From the NCBI GenBank assembly GCA_038231135.1, contig JBBRLX010000005.1:1-64000 (forward strand): a stretch of 64,000 nt of DNA. Direction: 5' to 3'. The notes under the pieces were generated by a model. That model had not been told where the DNA came from and made no database searches. It saw only the letters and a program-made list of their open reading frames with translations. Below are positions 21,334 to 32,866 of this stretch, in pieces; the first letter of the stretch is position 1; the number at the start of each line of letters is the position of its first letter. The position numbers were made by a program, and so were the translations under genes. Source of the DNA: Candidatus Eiseniibacteriota bacterium (GTDB taxonomy: Bacteria; Eisenbacteria; RBG-16-71-46).

Positions 21334-21350
21334 AGCAGAGCGCGTGCCAA
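21334..21350 (-). promoter_or_regulatory. sigma54 (-24/-12) promoter
   Basis: Minus strand TTGGCAC-GCGCT-CTGCT versus consensus TGGCAC-N5-TTGC[A/T]. Confidence 0.7.
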
Positions 21351-21739
21351 CCGATTCATCCACCTGCAAAGACCTGTCGATAATGAAGATACAGGAGTCT
21401 GAATAACTGACCATCGATCCTGACGTGCATGGAACGGGTCAACGTGTCGCAATTGAGTCGCGCCGTTGCGGCAAGCTATTGTGATGTAAGCAATTCCGGA
21501 ATACGCGACATAACGGCACCCGACTGAGACATCGAGTCGCCATTCCGTTCAGCAGAGGCACGAGAACCCGTAGTAGTCCTGAACTCGGGCTACGTAAGTT
21601 TCTGTAAGTCGCAGGGCCTTCGCACGGTGGAGGTTCGTCACAAATCGCGACAACCGGCGTTCGTTTGTTTGCTGTGCTCTCCCTGATCACTGGGACCGTG
21701 AGCACCCCGGCCCCCGTGACCCGCATCCGGGATTCGGGG

Positions 21740-23125
<1,386 letters not shown>

Positions 23126-23218
23126 GGTTTCGTTCCGGATGCCGGGAGTTCGCCGCGGAAAAACATGGCAACATTCTAACGGAATCTCGGGCCGCGCGTG
23201 GTGGCGGTCTGGGCCGCG

Positions 23219-23233
23219 TGCTACGCTCCACGG
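23219..23233 (+). promoter_or_regulatory. Extended -10 promoter, probably leaderless
   Basis: TG-c-TACGCT(23222-23227)-N6-GTG(23234). Confidence 0.5.
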
Positions 23234-24904
23234 GTGAAACTGCTCGTCTTAGCGAGCCTGCTCGCGCTCGCTTTCTGCCTGCCCCGGACCGCCCACTGCG
23301 CCGCCGCCGATTCGTCCGGGATCTATCCCAACGAGGAGGCGCTGCGCCACTACGTGGCGGGGCTCGCGCTCGAGGAGGGCGGCGACCCGGGCGAGGCACT
23401 TCGCGAGTTCTACCGGGCGCTGGCGCTCGATCCGCACTCGATCGCCGCCCTGAGGCACGTGAGCGAGTTGGCCGCCCGGCAGGGGGACGTCGCGCAGTCG
23501 CAGGAGTTCGCCGAGCGCGGGCTCGCGCTCGCGCCGCATGACGGGCGGCTCCTGTGGCTCAAGGGTGCTGCGCTGTTCAACGGGGGCCACCCGGCCGACG
23601 CGCTGCCGGTGCTCGAAGCGGCGCTGGACGCCGACTCCGGGCAGGTGGAGTACGCGCGCACGCTGGCGCACGTCGCGGAGGCGCTGGGGCGCACCTCGGT
23701 GGTGGCGCGGGCCTGGCGCCGCACCACGGCGCTCGAGGAGGAGGACGGCGAGGCGTGGTTCCAGCTCGCCGCGGCCGAGACCCGGCTCGGCCATTTCACC
23801 GCGGCGGAGCGGGCCCTCGCAACCGCGCGCGATCTGGCCCCCGAACGTCCCGGACTCACGTTCCTCGAAGGCTGGATCCGCGAGGGGCAGGGGCGCCGGC
23901 CCGAAGCGATCGAGTTGTTCCGCAAGCACCTCGCGACTCACGCGGACGATCTGGCGACGCGGCGCCGGCTGGTGCAGTTGCTGGCGCGCGAACGGCGCTG
24001 GGACGAGGCGTACCACGAGGCCCACGTCGTGAGTGCCGCGCAGCCGGAGGACTTCGTCGCGCTCGAGGTCGAGACCGACCTGGCATTCCGCGCGAAGCGC
24101 CGCCCCGCCGCCGAGGCGCTGCTGCCGAAACTCGAAGCCGTCGCGGGCCGGGATCCCGATCGCATCCTGCGCGTCGTGGGACTGCTCGGCCGCAACGGCC
24201 GGGGACCGCAGGGTGTCGCGCTGGCCGACCGGTGGGGGGCCACGGCGCCGGCCGGCGAACGCGAGCAGATGGCGGCCCAGTCGCGGGCGCTGATCGACGA
24301 CACGCGCGGCGCCCTGGTGCACGCGCGGCTCGCGATCATCGCGGAACCCGACTCGCTGGCGCCGCGGCAGCTGGCCGCCAGCCTGTTCCAGACCCGGCAC
24401 GAGTACGCCGCGGCCGAGTCGGCGTGGACGGACGGGCTCGGGCGCGGCGCCGATTCGCTGTCCACCCTGCTGTCCATCGCGTTCTGCCGCGAACAGCTCG
24501 GCGACATTCCGGGAGCCGAACACACGGTTCGCGACGCGCTGCGCATCGACCCTGGGAATCCCCGCACGCTCAATTTCCTCGGGTACCTGCTGGCCGACCA
24601 CTCACGGGCGCTGGACGAGGCGCTCCAGCTGATCCAGCGCGCCCTCGAGCTGGATCCGGACAATGGGGCCTACATCGACTCGCTCGGCTGGGTTTACTAT
24701 CGACTCGGTCGATTGCCCGAGTCGCGCCAGCAGCTCGAACGCGCCGTCCAGCTCACCGATGGGGATCCGGTGGTGCGCGAACACCTGGGCGACGTCTATA
24801 AAGAGTTGAAAATGCTCGAGATGGCACGCCAGCAGTATCGTCTCGGGCTGGCGGCGGACGCGTCCAACACCAAGCTGAAGGCCAAACTCGCGCAGATCCG
24901 GTGA
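23234..24904 (+). CDS. Exported tetratricopeptide repeat protein
   Basis: Signal peptide; C-terminal LNFLGYLLAD...ALELDPDNGAYIDSLGWVYYRLG...DPVVREHLGDVY. Confidence 0.88.
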   Translation: MKLLVLASLLALAFCLPRTAHCAAADSSGIYPNEEALRHYVAGLALEEGGDPGEALREFYRALALDPHSIAALRHVSELAARQGDVAQSQEFAERGLALAPHDGRLLWLKGAALFNGGHPADALPVLEAALDADSGQVEYARTLAHVAEALGRTSVVARAWRRTTALEEEDGEAWFQLAAAETRLGHFTAAERALATARDLAPERPGLTFLEGWIREGQGRRPEAIELFRKHLATHADDLATRRRLVQLLARERRWDEAYHEAHVVSAAQPEDFVALEVETDLAFRAKRRPAAEALLPKLEAVAGRDPDRILRVVGLLGRNGRGPQGVALADRWGATAPAGEREQMAAQSRALIDDTRGALVHARLAIIAEPDSLAPRQLAASLFQTRHEYAAAESAWTDGLGRGADSLSTLLSIAFCREQLGDIPGAEHTVRDALRIDPGNPRTLNFLGYLLADHSRALDEALQLIQRALELDPDNGAYIDSLGWVYYRLGRLPESRQQLERAVQLTDGDPVVREHLGDVYKELKMLEMARQQYRLGLAADASNTKLKAKLAQIR

Positions 24905-24905
24905 C

Positions 24906-24940
24906 CCCGCACTGCGCGCATGTGCAGTGAGCGGGCATTT
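24906..24940 (+). terminator. Hairpin after the TPR gene
   Basis: CCCGC-ACTGC...GCAGT-ga-GCGGG followed by CATTT. Confidence 0.4.
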
Positions 24941-24953
24941 CATCGGCTGGCTT

Positions 24954-24980
24954 GGAACCCGGGCGTCAACGCGGTGTAAA
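24954..24980 (+). promoter_or_regulatory. ECF-type (autoregulatory) promoter
   Basis: GGAACC(24954-24959)-N16-GTAAA directly before the ECF sigma gene. Confidence 0.6.
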
Positions 24981-24982
24981 AC

Positions 24983-25624
24983 ATGAAAGTGAGTGTGCCC
25001 GTGCCGTCGGATCGTGATCCGGCTCTGCCACCCATTCTCAGCCTGTCCGACGAGGACCTCATGGCCCGCGTCGCGGAGGACGAAGAGCGTGCGTTCGCAG
25101 AGCTGGTGCGCCGTTATCAGGGGCGGATCGCGAACCTGGTGAGCCGGGTGCTGAACGACCGCGAGTGCGCGGACGACCTCACGCAGGAAGTGTTCATACG
25201 GGTGCACGTGCACCGCCGGAACTATCGGCGGGGTTCGAAGCTGTCGACCTGGTTGTTCACGATCGCGGCGAACCTGGCAAAGAACGAGATCCGCCGGCGG
25301 GTGCGGCGGCGCAACTGGTTCAGCCTGGATGCGCTGCAGGAGGTGCTCCAGGACAGCGCGATGGTGTTCGCGGATCCGCACGAGGGCAGTGAGCGCACGA
25401 TGGAGCGCAAGCAGCTGCAGGAGCTGCTCGCGCGCGCGATCGCGACGGTGCCCGAGAAGTACCGGTTCGCGCTGGTGCTGAGGGACGTGGAAGGCATGGC
25501 GTACGAGGAGATCGCGCTGGTGCTCGGAGTGCCGGGCGGAACAGTCCGGTCGCGGATCAACCGGGCGCGGAACATGTTGAAACGCAAGCTGCAGCCGGTG
25601 CTGCGCAGGGAAGACACGACATGA
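24983..25624 (+). CDS. ECF RNA polymerase sigma factor (RpoE/SigW-like)
   Basis: AFAELVRRYQ, ADDLTQEVF, STWLFTIAAN, YEEIA..LGVP.GTVRSRINRAR. Confidence 0.95.
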   Translation: MKVSVPVPSDRDPALPPILSLSDEDLMARVAEDEERAFAELVRRYQGRIANLVSRVLNDRECADDLTQEVFIRVHVHRRNYRRGSKLSTWLFTIAANLAKNEIRRRVRRRNWFSLDALQEVLQDSAMVFADPHEGSERTMERKQLQELLARAIATVPEKYRFALVLRDVEGMAYEEIALVLGVPGGTVRSRINRARNMLKRKLQPVLRREDTT

Positions 25625-26217
25625 AGCATCACGAAGCACGGCGGCTCTTCGGAGCCTATTGGGACGACGAGACGACGCAGGCCGAGCGCGAGTGGCTGGA
25701 AGCGCACTTCGCCGGCTGCGACGCCTGCCGCGCCGAATACGAGCAGTTCACGCGCGTGATCGAGGCGATGGGCACGCTGCCCCGCCACGAGGTCGCGCCG
25801 GATCTGCTCGAGCGCACGCTGGCGCGCACGCGCCGCATGACGCCGGCGCGCGACGTGCTGCCCGAACGGCGTCCCATGTGGGTTCCCGTCACCGCGGCCG
25901 CCGTGGCGACGCTGCTCGTGGTGGGCGCCGTCGCCGGGCTGATCGGACACGGATTCCTCGGCGGCCCGGGCGCCGATCGCGTCGCGACCCGATCGGCGGC
26001 CACGGTGCGGCAGGTTGCCAGCGCCGTCCCTGCGCCGGTTCGCCGCACCACCCTCGTCGCGGGCGGTTCGCTGGCGGCGGTTCCGGACAGCATCTTCGAT
26101 CATTCGGACGACGTGGAGTTCGTATTGGACCCCGTCACTCTCAAGCGCGGACGGGCTTCCGTCACGCGCGCGCTTCCGGGCGGCATCCGCACCGAACAGG
26201 CGGTGGTGAGCTTCTGA
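25621..26217 (+). CDS. Zinc-binding anti-sigma factor (zf-HC2) with TM helix
   Basis: HFAGCDAC (HxxxCxxC), hydrophobic segment, ATGA coupling to the sigma gene. Confidence 0.88.
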   Translation: MKHHEARRLFGAYWDDETTQAEREWLEAHFAGCDACRAEYEQFTRVIEAMGTLPRHEVAPDLLERTLARTRRMTPARDVLPERRPMWVPVTAAAVATLLVVGAVAGLIGHGFLGGPGADRVATRSAATVRQVASAVPAPVRRTTLVAGGSLAAVPDSIFDHSDDVEFVLDPVTLKRGRASVTRALPGGIRTEQAVVSF

Positions 26218-26225
26218 GGCAGGTC

Positions 26226-27416
26226 ATGCACCGTGTGCGTCGAGTCATACTGGCGACCGTGGCGGCGTTCCTGTTCGCGGTCGCCGTCGATTCACCGCGC
26301 CCGATCGCGGCTCAGGGCACGCTGTCCGCACTCGAAACCGATGTCGACCAGATCGCGCGCGCCGCGCGGCCGTCGGTCGTCACCGTGTTCTCGCAGCACA
26401 ACGTGATGCGTCCGCGGACGCGCCTGCTCGGGCCGTCCAGGCGGCTCCACACCCGTGTCGGCTCGGGAGTGGCGGTGGACGGCGATCTCGTGCTGACGAC
26501 GGCGAGCGTGATGCTCGGCGCCGAGCACGTGATGATCCGCACGGCCGACGGCGCGGAGGCCGAGGCGCGGGTCGCCGCGATCGACCTGGTGTACAACCTG
26601 GCGCTGGTGCACGTCGACGGGCTCAATCTTCAGCCGGTGCGGTTCGCGGACCACGCGCCGCAGGCCGGCGACTGGGTGATGGCGCTCGGCACGTCCTACG
26701 GCGGCCAGCCCACGCAGTCGGTCGGCAACGTCGCGACGCTGCACCCCGATCCGGTCCAGCCGCTGCTCCAGCTCACGAACACCGTGTACCCGGGCAACAG
26801 CGGCGGTGCCGCGCTCAATGCGCGCGGCGAGCTGATCGGGCTCGTGCAGGGGGAGCTGGGGCCGCCGTCGCCCGACGGGCACAGCCCGGAGTCCGAGCGG
26901 CGCGCGGGCGGGATGAGTTTCGTCCAGCCGGTACAGACGCTGCGCGCGGCCTACGAGACGCTGCGTCGCGACGGCCGGGTCGCGCACGGGTTCCTGGGCG
27001 TGAGCACGCGCAGCGCGAGCGTTGCGAGCGACGCCGAGCCGGGCGTGCGCGTGCCGATCGGCGCGCTCGTCGAGCGCGTGCAGCCCGACGGCCCCGCGAT
27101 GAAGGCGGGAGTCCGTCGCGGCGACCTGATCGTCGGATTCAACCGCGATCGCGTCGAGTACGCGGAGCACGTCGCGCGCTGGGTCGCCTCGACCGCCCCC
27201 GGGCGCACCGTGCAACTGGTGTGGGTGCGCAACGACATCCAGCACCAGGCGCCGATCGTGCTCGGCGAATCCCCGGACGCGGCGCCGCAGTGGACTCCCA
27301 CGCAGAGCGCTGCCGACACGCCGCTCCAGGGTCCGCACGTCGCCGATCTCGAGCGTCAGATCCAGCAGCTCAATCAGCAGCTGCGCCGCATGCGCGACTC
27401 CAGCAGCTCCCGCTGA
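26226..27416 (+). CDS. HtrA/DegP-like trypsin-PDZ protein with degenerate catalytic triad
   Basis: Signal peptide, GSGVAV, PGNSGGA, PDZ (GFLGV...GPAMKAGVRRGDLIV), C-terminal coiled coil. Confidence 0.85.
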   Translation: MHRVRRVILATVAAFLFAVAVDSPRPIAAQGTLSALETDVDQIARAARPSVVTVFSQHNVMRPRTRLLGPSRRLHTRVGSGVAVDGDLVLTTASVMLGAEHVMIRTADGAEAEARVAAIDLVYNLALVHVDGLNLQPVRFADHAPQAGDWVMALGTSYGGQPTQSVGNVATLHPDPVQPLLQLTNTVYPGNSGGAALNARGELIGLVQGELGPPSPDGHSPESERRAGGMSFVQPVQTLRAAYETLRRDGRVAHGFLGVSTRSASVASDAEPGVRVPIGALVERVQPDGPAMKAGVRRGDLIVGFNRDRVEYAEHVARWVASTAPGRTVQLVWVRNDIQHQAPIVLGESPDAAPQWTPTQSAADTPLQGPHVADLERQIQQLNQQLRRMRDSSSSR

Positions 27417-27439
27417 CCGCACTGCCGTATACTGCGGCG

Positions 27440-28543
27440 ATGACCGACCGGGTCCTGCGCTACGCCGGCCACGCTGTCCAGTCCGTCGTTCACGTGCGCC
27501 GCGGCTCGCTCGCCACGCTCGGCGCGCGGGTGCGCAGCGCCGCTCCCGGGCGCGCGGCCGTGCTGGTGACCGACCGTCGCGTGCACGCGCTCCACGGCGC
27601 CGCCGCGATCCGGTCGTTGCGCCGTGCCGGGTTCACCGTCGAGCTGGCGATCGTGCCGCGGGGCGAGCGCGCGAAGCTGCCGCGGCCGCTGGCGCGCCTG
27701 TGGGACGCGTTCGCCGCGGCCGGGCTCGAACGCACCGGGGTCGTCATCGCGCTCGGCGGCGGCGTGGTGGGCGACCTCGCCGGCTTCGCGGCCGCGACGT
27801 GGATGCGCGGCGTCGCGTGGTACGGCGTGCCGACCACGCTGGTGGCCCAGGTCGACAGCTCGATCGGCGGCAAGACCGGCATCGATCTCGCGGCCGGCAA
27901 GAACCTCGCGGGCGCGTTCCATCATCCGGCGGGGGTGCTCGTCGATCCCGACCTGCTGGTTACGCTGCCGGCGCGCGACTACCGGTCCGGCCTCGCGGAG
28001 GTCGTGAAGGTGGCGTTCGCCACCGACGCCCGGATGTTCCGCGCGCTCGAACGCGCGGCGGCGCAGCTCGCCGCCCGGGATCCGGACGCGGTGTTCCGCG
28101 CCGTGCGCGCCGCGCTCGCCGCCAAGGCACGCGTGGTCACCGCCGACGAGCGCGAGCGCGAGGGCGGCGTGCGCACCGCGCTCAATTTCGGCCACACGCT
28201 GGGGCACGCGCTCGAGTCGGCGACCGGCCACCGCCGCTGGCGCCACGGCGAGGCGGTCGCGATCGGCATGCGCGTCGCGGCGGAGCTGTCGGTGCGCGCG
28301 GCCGGCCTCGACCCCGGCGCGCGCGCGCGTCTCGAGGCGCTGCTCGACCGCTTGAGGCTCCCCGCCGGGCTCGCGCGCTGCCCGGTGCGGCGGCTCGAGC
28401 TCGCGATGCGGATGGACAAGAAGCGGGCGAACGGCGAGGTGCGCTGGGTTTTGACGCCCCGGTTGGGTCATGCTAGCGTGCCCCGGCTGATTTCCGCCCG
28501 CATGGTGCGCGCCGCGCTGCTCGATGCCGGAGCAGCGGCTTGA
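27440..28543 (+). CDS. aroB: 3-dehydroquinate synthase
   Basis: [61 protein letters not shown]6-ATG. Confidence 0.96.
   Translation: MTDRVLRYAGHAVQSVVHVRRGSLATLGARVRSAAPGRAAVLVTDRRVHALHGAAAIRSLRRAGFTVELAIVPRGERAKLPRPLARLWDAFAAAGLERTGVVIALGGGVVGDLAGFAAATWMRGVAWYGVPTTLVAQVDSSIGGKTGIDLAAGKNLAGAFHHPAGVLVDPDLLVTLPARDYRSGLAEVVKVAFATDARMFRALERAAAQLAARDPDAVFRAVRAALAAKARVVTADEREREGGVRTALNFGHTLGHALESATGHRRWRHGEAVAIGMRVAAELSVRAAGLDPGARARLEALLDRLRLPAGLARCPVRRLELAMRMDKKRANGEVRWVLTPRLGHASVPRLISARMVRAALLDAGAAA
28451..28479 (+). promoter_or_regulatory. sigma70 promoter inside the aroB 3' end, pointing at aroQ-accB
   Basis: TTGACG-N17-TAGCGT with TG extension. Confidence 0.55.
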
Positions 28544-28563
28544 CCCCGCGGGAGCGAGGCCCG

Positions 28564-28996
28564 ATGCATCGCGTACTGGTCCTGCACGGTCCGAACCTCA
28601 ATGCACTGGGGACCCGCGAGCCGGACGTTTATGGCACATCGACGCTCGAAGCCCTGGAGCGACAGCTTCATGGACTCGCGGAGGAGCTCGGGCTCGTGCT
28701 CGAAACGCTGCAGTCGAACCACGAAGGCGTGCTCATCGATGCGCTCCACGGCGCGGTCGGGCACATGGACGGGGTGCTGCTGAATCCGGGCGGTCTGACC
28801 CATACCAGCGTCGCACTGCGTGACGCGGTGCTCGCGACCCGTCTGCCGGTGGTCGAAATCCATCTCTCGAACCCCCACGGCCGTGAGGCGTTCCGACACG
28901 TGTCCTACGTGTCCGACGTCGCGCTCGGGGTCATCCAGGGCTTCGGCGCCGGCAGCTACCTGCTGGGGCTGCGCGCCCTTGCGGGGCACCTCCAAC

Positions 28997-29013
<17 letters not shown>
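28564..29013 (+). CDS. aroQ: Type II 3-dehydroquinate dehydratase
   Basis: [38 protein letters not shown]...RE.FRH. Confidence 0.96.
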
Positions 29014-29548
<535 letters not shown>

Positions 29549-29583
29549 ACGCAATCGGGACCTGAGTCCCGCGGGGAGCGGCG

Positions 29584-30753
29584 ATGAACATCCGTAAAGT
29601 GCTCGAGAAGATGATCGCGTCGCGTGCCAGCGACCTGCACCTCAAGGCCGGCACCGCGCCGATCGTGCGCGTGGACGGCGTGCTCTACACGCTCGACGAT
29701 CCGCCGCCTGCCGCCCAGGAGTTGCGCGACGTGTGCAACCAGCTCCTGAACGACGAGCAGCGCCTGTATTTCTCGACCCACAACGAGATCGACTTCGCGT
29801 TCGGCGTGTCCGGACTCGCGCGCTTTCGCGCCAACATTTTCATGCAGCGCAGCACCCCCGCGCTGGCGCTGCGCCACGTGCCGGTCGAGGTCCCGACGAT
29901 CGAGGAGCTCGTGCTGCCCGGCGTGGTGCGCGACCTGGCGTTCTCGCCCCGCGGCCTGCTGCTGGTCACCGGCCGGACCGGGTCCGGCAAGTCGACCACG
30001 CTTGCCTCGATGGTCGACGCGATCAACGCGACCACGACGCGCAACATCATCACGGTCGAGGATCCGATCGAGTTCCTCCACCGCGACAATCTGTCGTTCA
30101 TCCACCAGCGCGAGCTGGGGCTGGACACGCGCTCGTTCCATGACGGCCTCAAGTACGTGCTGCGGCAGGATCCCGACATCATCCTGGTCGGTGAGATCCG
30201 TGATCTCGAGACGATGCGGACCGCCCTGATGGCGGCCGACACCGGTCACCTCGTGATGTCCACGCTGCACACCACGGACGTCGTGCAGACGATCCAGCGC
30301 ATCGTGTCGTTCTACCCGCCGCATCAGCACGACGAGGTCCGGCTGTCGCTGGCCTCGAACCTGCGCGCCGTGATCTGCCAGCGGCTGGTGCCGCGGGCGG
30401 ACGGCCAGGGCCGCGTGCCCGCGGTCGAGGTGATGATCAACACGCCGACGATCAAGGACCTCATCCTGAGCCAGGAAAAGACCTCGATGATCCACCAGGC
30501 GCTCGGCGAGGGCTTTACGCAGTATCATACGCAGACGTTTGACCAGTCGGTGCTGGGCCTGCTGCGCGACGGTCTCATCACCGAGGACGAGGCGCTCAAG
30601 AACTGCAACAACCCGAACGAACTGAGTCTCAAGCTGAAGGGCATCCTGGCCACCTCCGACCGCACGTGGGCCCCGATCGAATCGGGGTCGAACGCCACCG
30701 ATCTCAGTCCCCGCGCCGCCGCCGGCGGCGGGGGGCGATCCGACGAATTCTAG
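29584..30753 (+). CDS. PilT/PilU family type IV pilus retraction ATPase
   Basis: ASDLHL, RFRAN, GRTGSGKSTT, EDPIEF, LRQDPDIILVGEIRD, TGHLVMSTLHT, QTFDQ. Confidence 0.93.
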   Translation: MNIRKVLEKMIASRASDLHLKAGTAPIVRVDGVLYTLDDPPPAAQELRDVCNQLLNDEQRLYFSTHNEIDFAFGVSGLARFRANIFMQRSTPALALRHVPVEVPTIEELVLPGVVRDLAFSPRGLLLVTGRTGSGKSTTLASMVDAINATTTRNIITVEDPIEFLHRDNLSFIHQRELGLDTRSFHDGLKYVLRQDPDIILVGEIRDLETMRTALMAADTGHLVMSTLHTTDVVQTIQRIVSFYPPHQHDEVRLSLASNLRAVICQRLVPRADGQGRVPAVEVMINTPTIKDLILSQEKTSMIHQALGEGFTQYHTQTFDQSVLGLLRDGLITEDEALKNCNNPNELSLKLKGILATSDRTWAPIESGSNATDLSPRAAAGGGGRSDEF

Positions 30754-30759
30754 AGGGCG

Positions 30760-32121
30760 ATGTTTCGCAAGGTCCTGATCGCGAACCGGGGTGAGATTGC
30801 GCTGCGCGTGATCCGTGCGTGCCGCGAGCTGGACATCGCCACGGTCGCCGTGTTCAGCGAGGCCGACCGCGACAGCCTGCACGTACGGCTCGCGGACGAA
30901 TCGGTGTGCATCGGGCCGCCCCCGCCGGCGGCGTCCTACAACTACGTGCCGCGCCTGATCTCGGCCGCCGAGGTGACCGGCGCCGACGCGATCCATCCCG
31001 GCTACGGCTTCCTGTCCGAGAACGCCCACTTCGCGGACGTGGCGGCCACCTGCGGTTTCACGTTCATCGGGCCCACTCCCGACATGATCCGCCGCATGGG
31101 CGACAAGGCCGAGGCGCGGCGCACCATGAGGGCCGCGGGACTGCCGCTCGTGCCCGGCAGCCCGGACGTGCTGACCGACGTGGACGAGGCGCAGTCGTTC
31201 GCGCGCGACATCGGTTTTCCGGTGATCATCAAGGCGTCGGCCGGCGGTGGTGGACGCGGCATGCGGGTGGCGTGGGACGAGAAGCAGCTGCGCGCCGGAT
31301 TCGGGATCGCCCGGGCGGAAGCCGGCGCGGCGTTCAACAACGACGCGGTGTATCTCGAGAAGTACCTCGTGAGACCGCGGCACATCGAGTTCCAGCTGTT
31401 CGGCGACAGCCACGGCAACCTGATCCACCTCGGCGAGCGCGAGTGCTCGGTGCAGCGCAATCACCAGAAGCTGATCGAGGAGGCGCCGAGTCCGTTCCTG
31501 TCGGACGAGCAGCGGCGCACCATCGGCGGGATCGCCGCCGAGGGTGCCAGGTCGATGGGCTACCAGAACGCCGGCACCATGGAGTTCCTGTTCGACCAGG
31601 ACGGCTCGTTCTACTTCATGGAGATGAACACGCGCATCCAGGTGGAGCACCCGGTCACCGAGGAGGTGACCGGACTCGACCTCGTGAAGGAGCAGATCAT
31701 GGTGGCGGCGGGCGAGCCGCTGTCGGTGCGCCAGGAGGACGTCGAGTGGCGCGGCCACGCGCTCGAATGCCGCATCAACGCCGAGGACTTCGAGAACGGG
31801 TTCCGGCCGAGCCCCGGCCGCGTGACCTACTGGTACAAGCCCGGCGGTCCGGGCGTGCGGGTCGACAGCCATGTGTACGCCGGTTACACGGTGCCGCCGT
31901 TCTACGACTCGATGATCGGCAAGCTCATCACGCACGGCAAGGATCGCGCGGAGGCCGTGCGGCGCATGCAGATCGCGCTCGACGAGGTGATCGTCGAGGG
32001 CATCAAGACCACGATACCGTTCCATCAACTCGCGCTGCGCGACCCGCGCTTCCAGCGCGGGGACCTCGACACCCGGTTCGTCGAGGCGCTGCTCAAGCCG
32101 GAATCCACCGCGGCCCGCTGA
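30760..32121 (+). CDS. accC: Acetyl-CoA carboxylase biotin carboxylase subunit
   Basis: [53 protein letters not shown]. Confidence 0.97.
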   Translation: MFRKVLIANRGEIALRVIRACRELDIATVAVFSEADRDSLHVRLADESVCIGPPPPAASYNYVPRLISAAEVTGADAIHPGYGFLSENAHFADVAATCGFTFIGPTPDMIRRMGDKAEARRTMRAAGLPLVPGSPDVLTDVDEAQSFARDIGFPVIIKASAGGGGRGMRVAWDEKQLRAGFGIARAEAGAAFNNDAVYLEKYLVRPRHIEFQLFGDSHGNLIHLGERECSVQRNHQKLIEEAPSPFLSDEQRRTIGGIAAEGARSMGYQNAGTMEFLFDQDGSFYFMEMNTRIQVEHPVTEEVTGLDLVKEQIMVAAGEPLSVRQEDVEWRGHALECRINAEDFENGFRPSPGRVTYWYKPGGPGVRVDSHVYAGYTVPPFYDSMIGKLITHGKDRAEAVRRMQIALDEVIVEGIKTTIPFHQLALRDPRFQRGDLDTRFVEALLKPESTAAR

Positions 32122-32137
32122 GCCGCCGGAGCCCCAG

Positions 32138-32824
32138 GTGCCGTCGGTTCGCGTGCTGCTCACTCCCGCCGCGGAACCGGTCGAGCGTGACGCCGCCGCC
32201 GTGATCGTCGACGTGCTGCGCGCCACGAGCACGCTGACCTATGCCCTGGCGAACGGCGCCGCCCGCGTGCTGCCGGTCGCCTCACCCGACGCGGCGTTCG
32301 CATTACGGCGGCAGGAGCCCACGGCGCTGCTGTGCGGCGAGCGGGAGGGCCGGCTCATTCCGGGCTTCGATCTCGGCAACTCGCCCGCCGAGTACACCCG
32401 CGAGCGCGTCGGCGGCCGGCCGCTGATCTTCGCCTCCACGAACGGCTCGATTGCGATGCTGAACGCGCGCGCCGCGCACCGCCGGATCCTCGGCGCGTTC
32501 GTGAACGCCGGCGCCGTGGCGGCGGCCGTCGCCCGCGAGTCGCGGGTGACGATCGTCTGCGCCGGCAAGCTCGGCCACTTGAGCCTGGAAGACGCCGCGT
32601 TCGCCGGCTGGCTGGCCCGCGACCTGCACGCCCGGGGCTTCCGGATCGACGGCCCCGCCGCCGCCATGGCCATCACGCTGGCTCCCCGCGACCCCGCCGC
32701 GATCGCGCCCCTCCTCGAAAGCGCCGCCCACGGCCGCTACCTGCGAGCGCTCGGCGGCGAGTTCCTCGCCGACATCAGCCGCTGCGCCCAACTCGACGCG
32801 ATCGACAGGGCCTTTGAAGTGTAA
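32138..32824 (+). CDS. comB: 2-phosphosulfolactate phosphatase family protein
   Basis: VIVDVLRATST, LCGER.G...GFDLGNSP.E, STNGS, SLED. Confidence 0.9.
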   Translation: MPSVRVLLTPAAEPVERDAAAVIVDVLRATSTLTYALANGAARVLPVASPDAAFALRRQEPTALLCGEREGRLIPGFDLGNSPAEYTRERVGGRPLIFASTNGSIAMLNARAAHRRILGAFVNAGAVAAAVARESRVTIVCAGKLGHLSLEDAAFAGWLARDLHARGFRIDGPAAAMAITLAPRDPAAIAPLLESAAHGRYLRALGGEFLADISRCAQLDAIDRAFEV

Positions 32825-32866
32825 AAGCGCATTCAAGGGGTTGCCGTTCCCCAGGCGCCTGGGCGC

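Noticed and set aside
21196..21726. Small ORFs 21196..21402 (+) and 21439..21726 (-)
   Set aside because: No RBS, atypical codon use, and they run across the terminator, RNA stems and promoter
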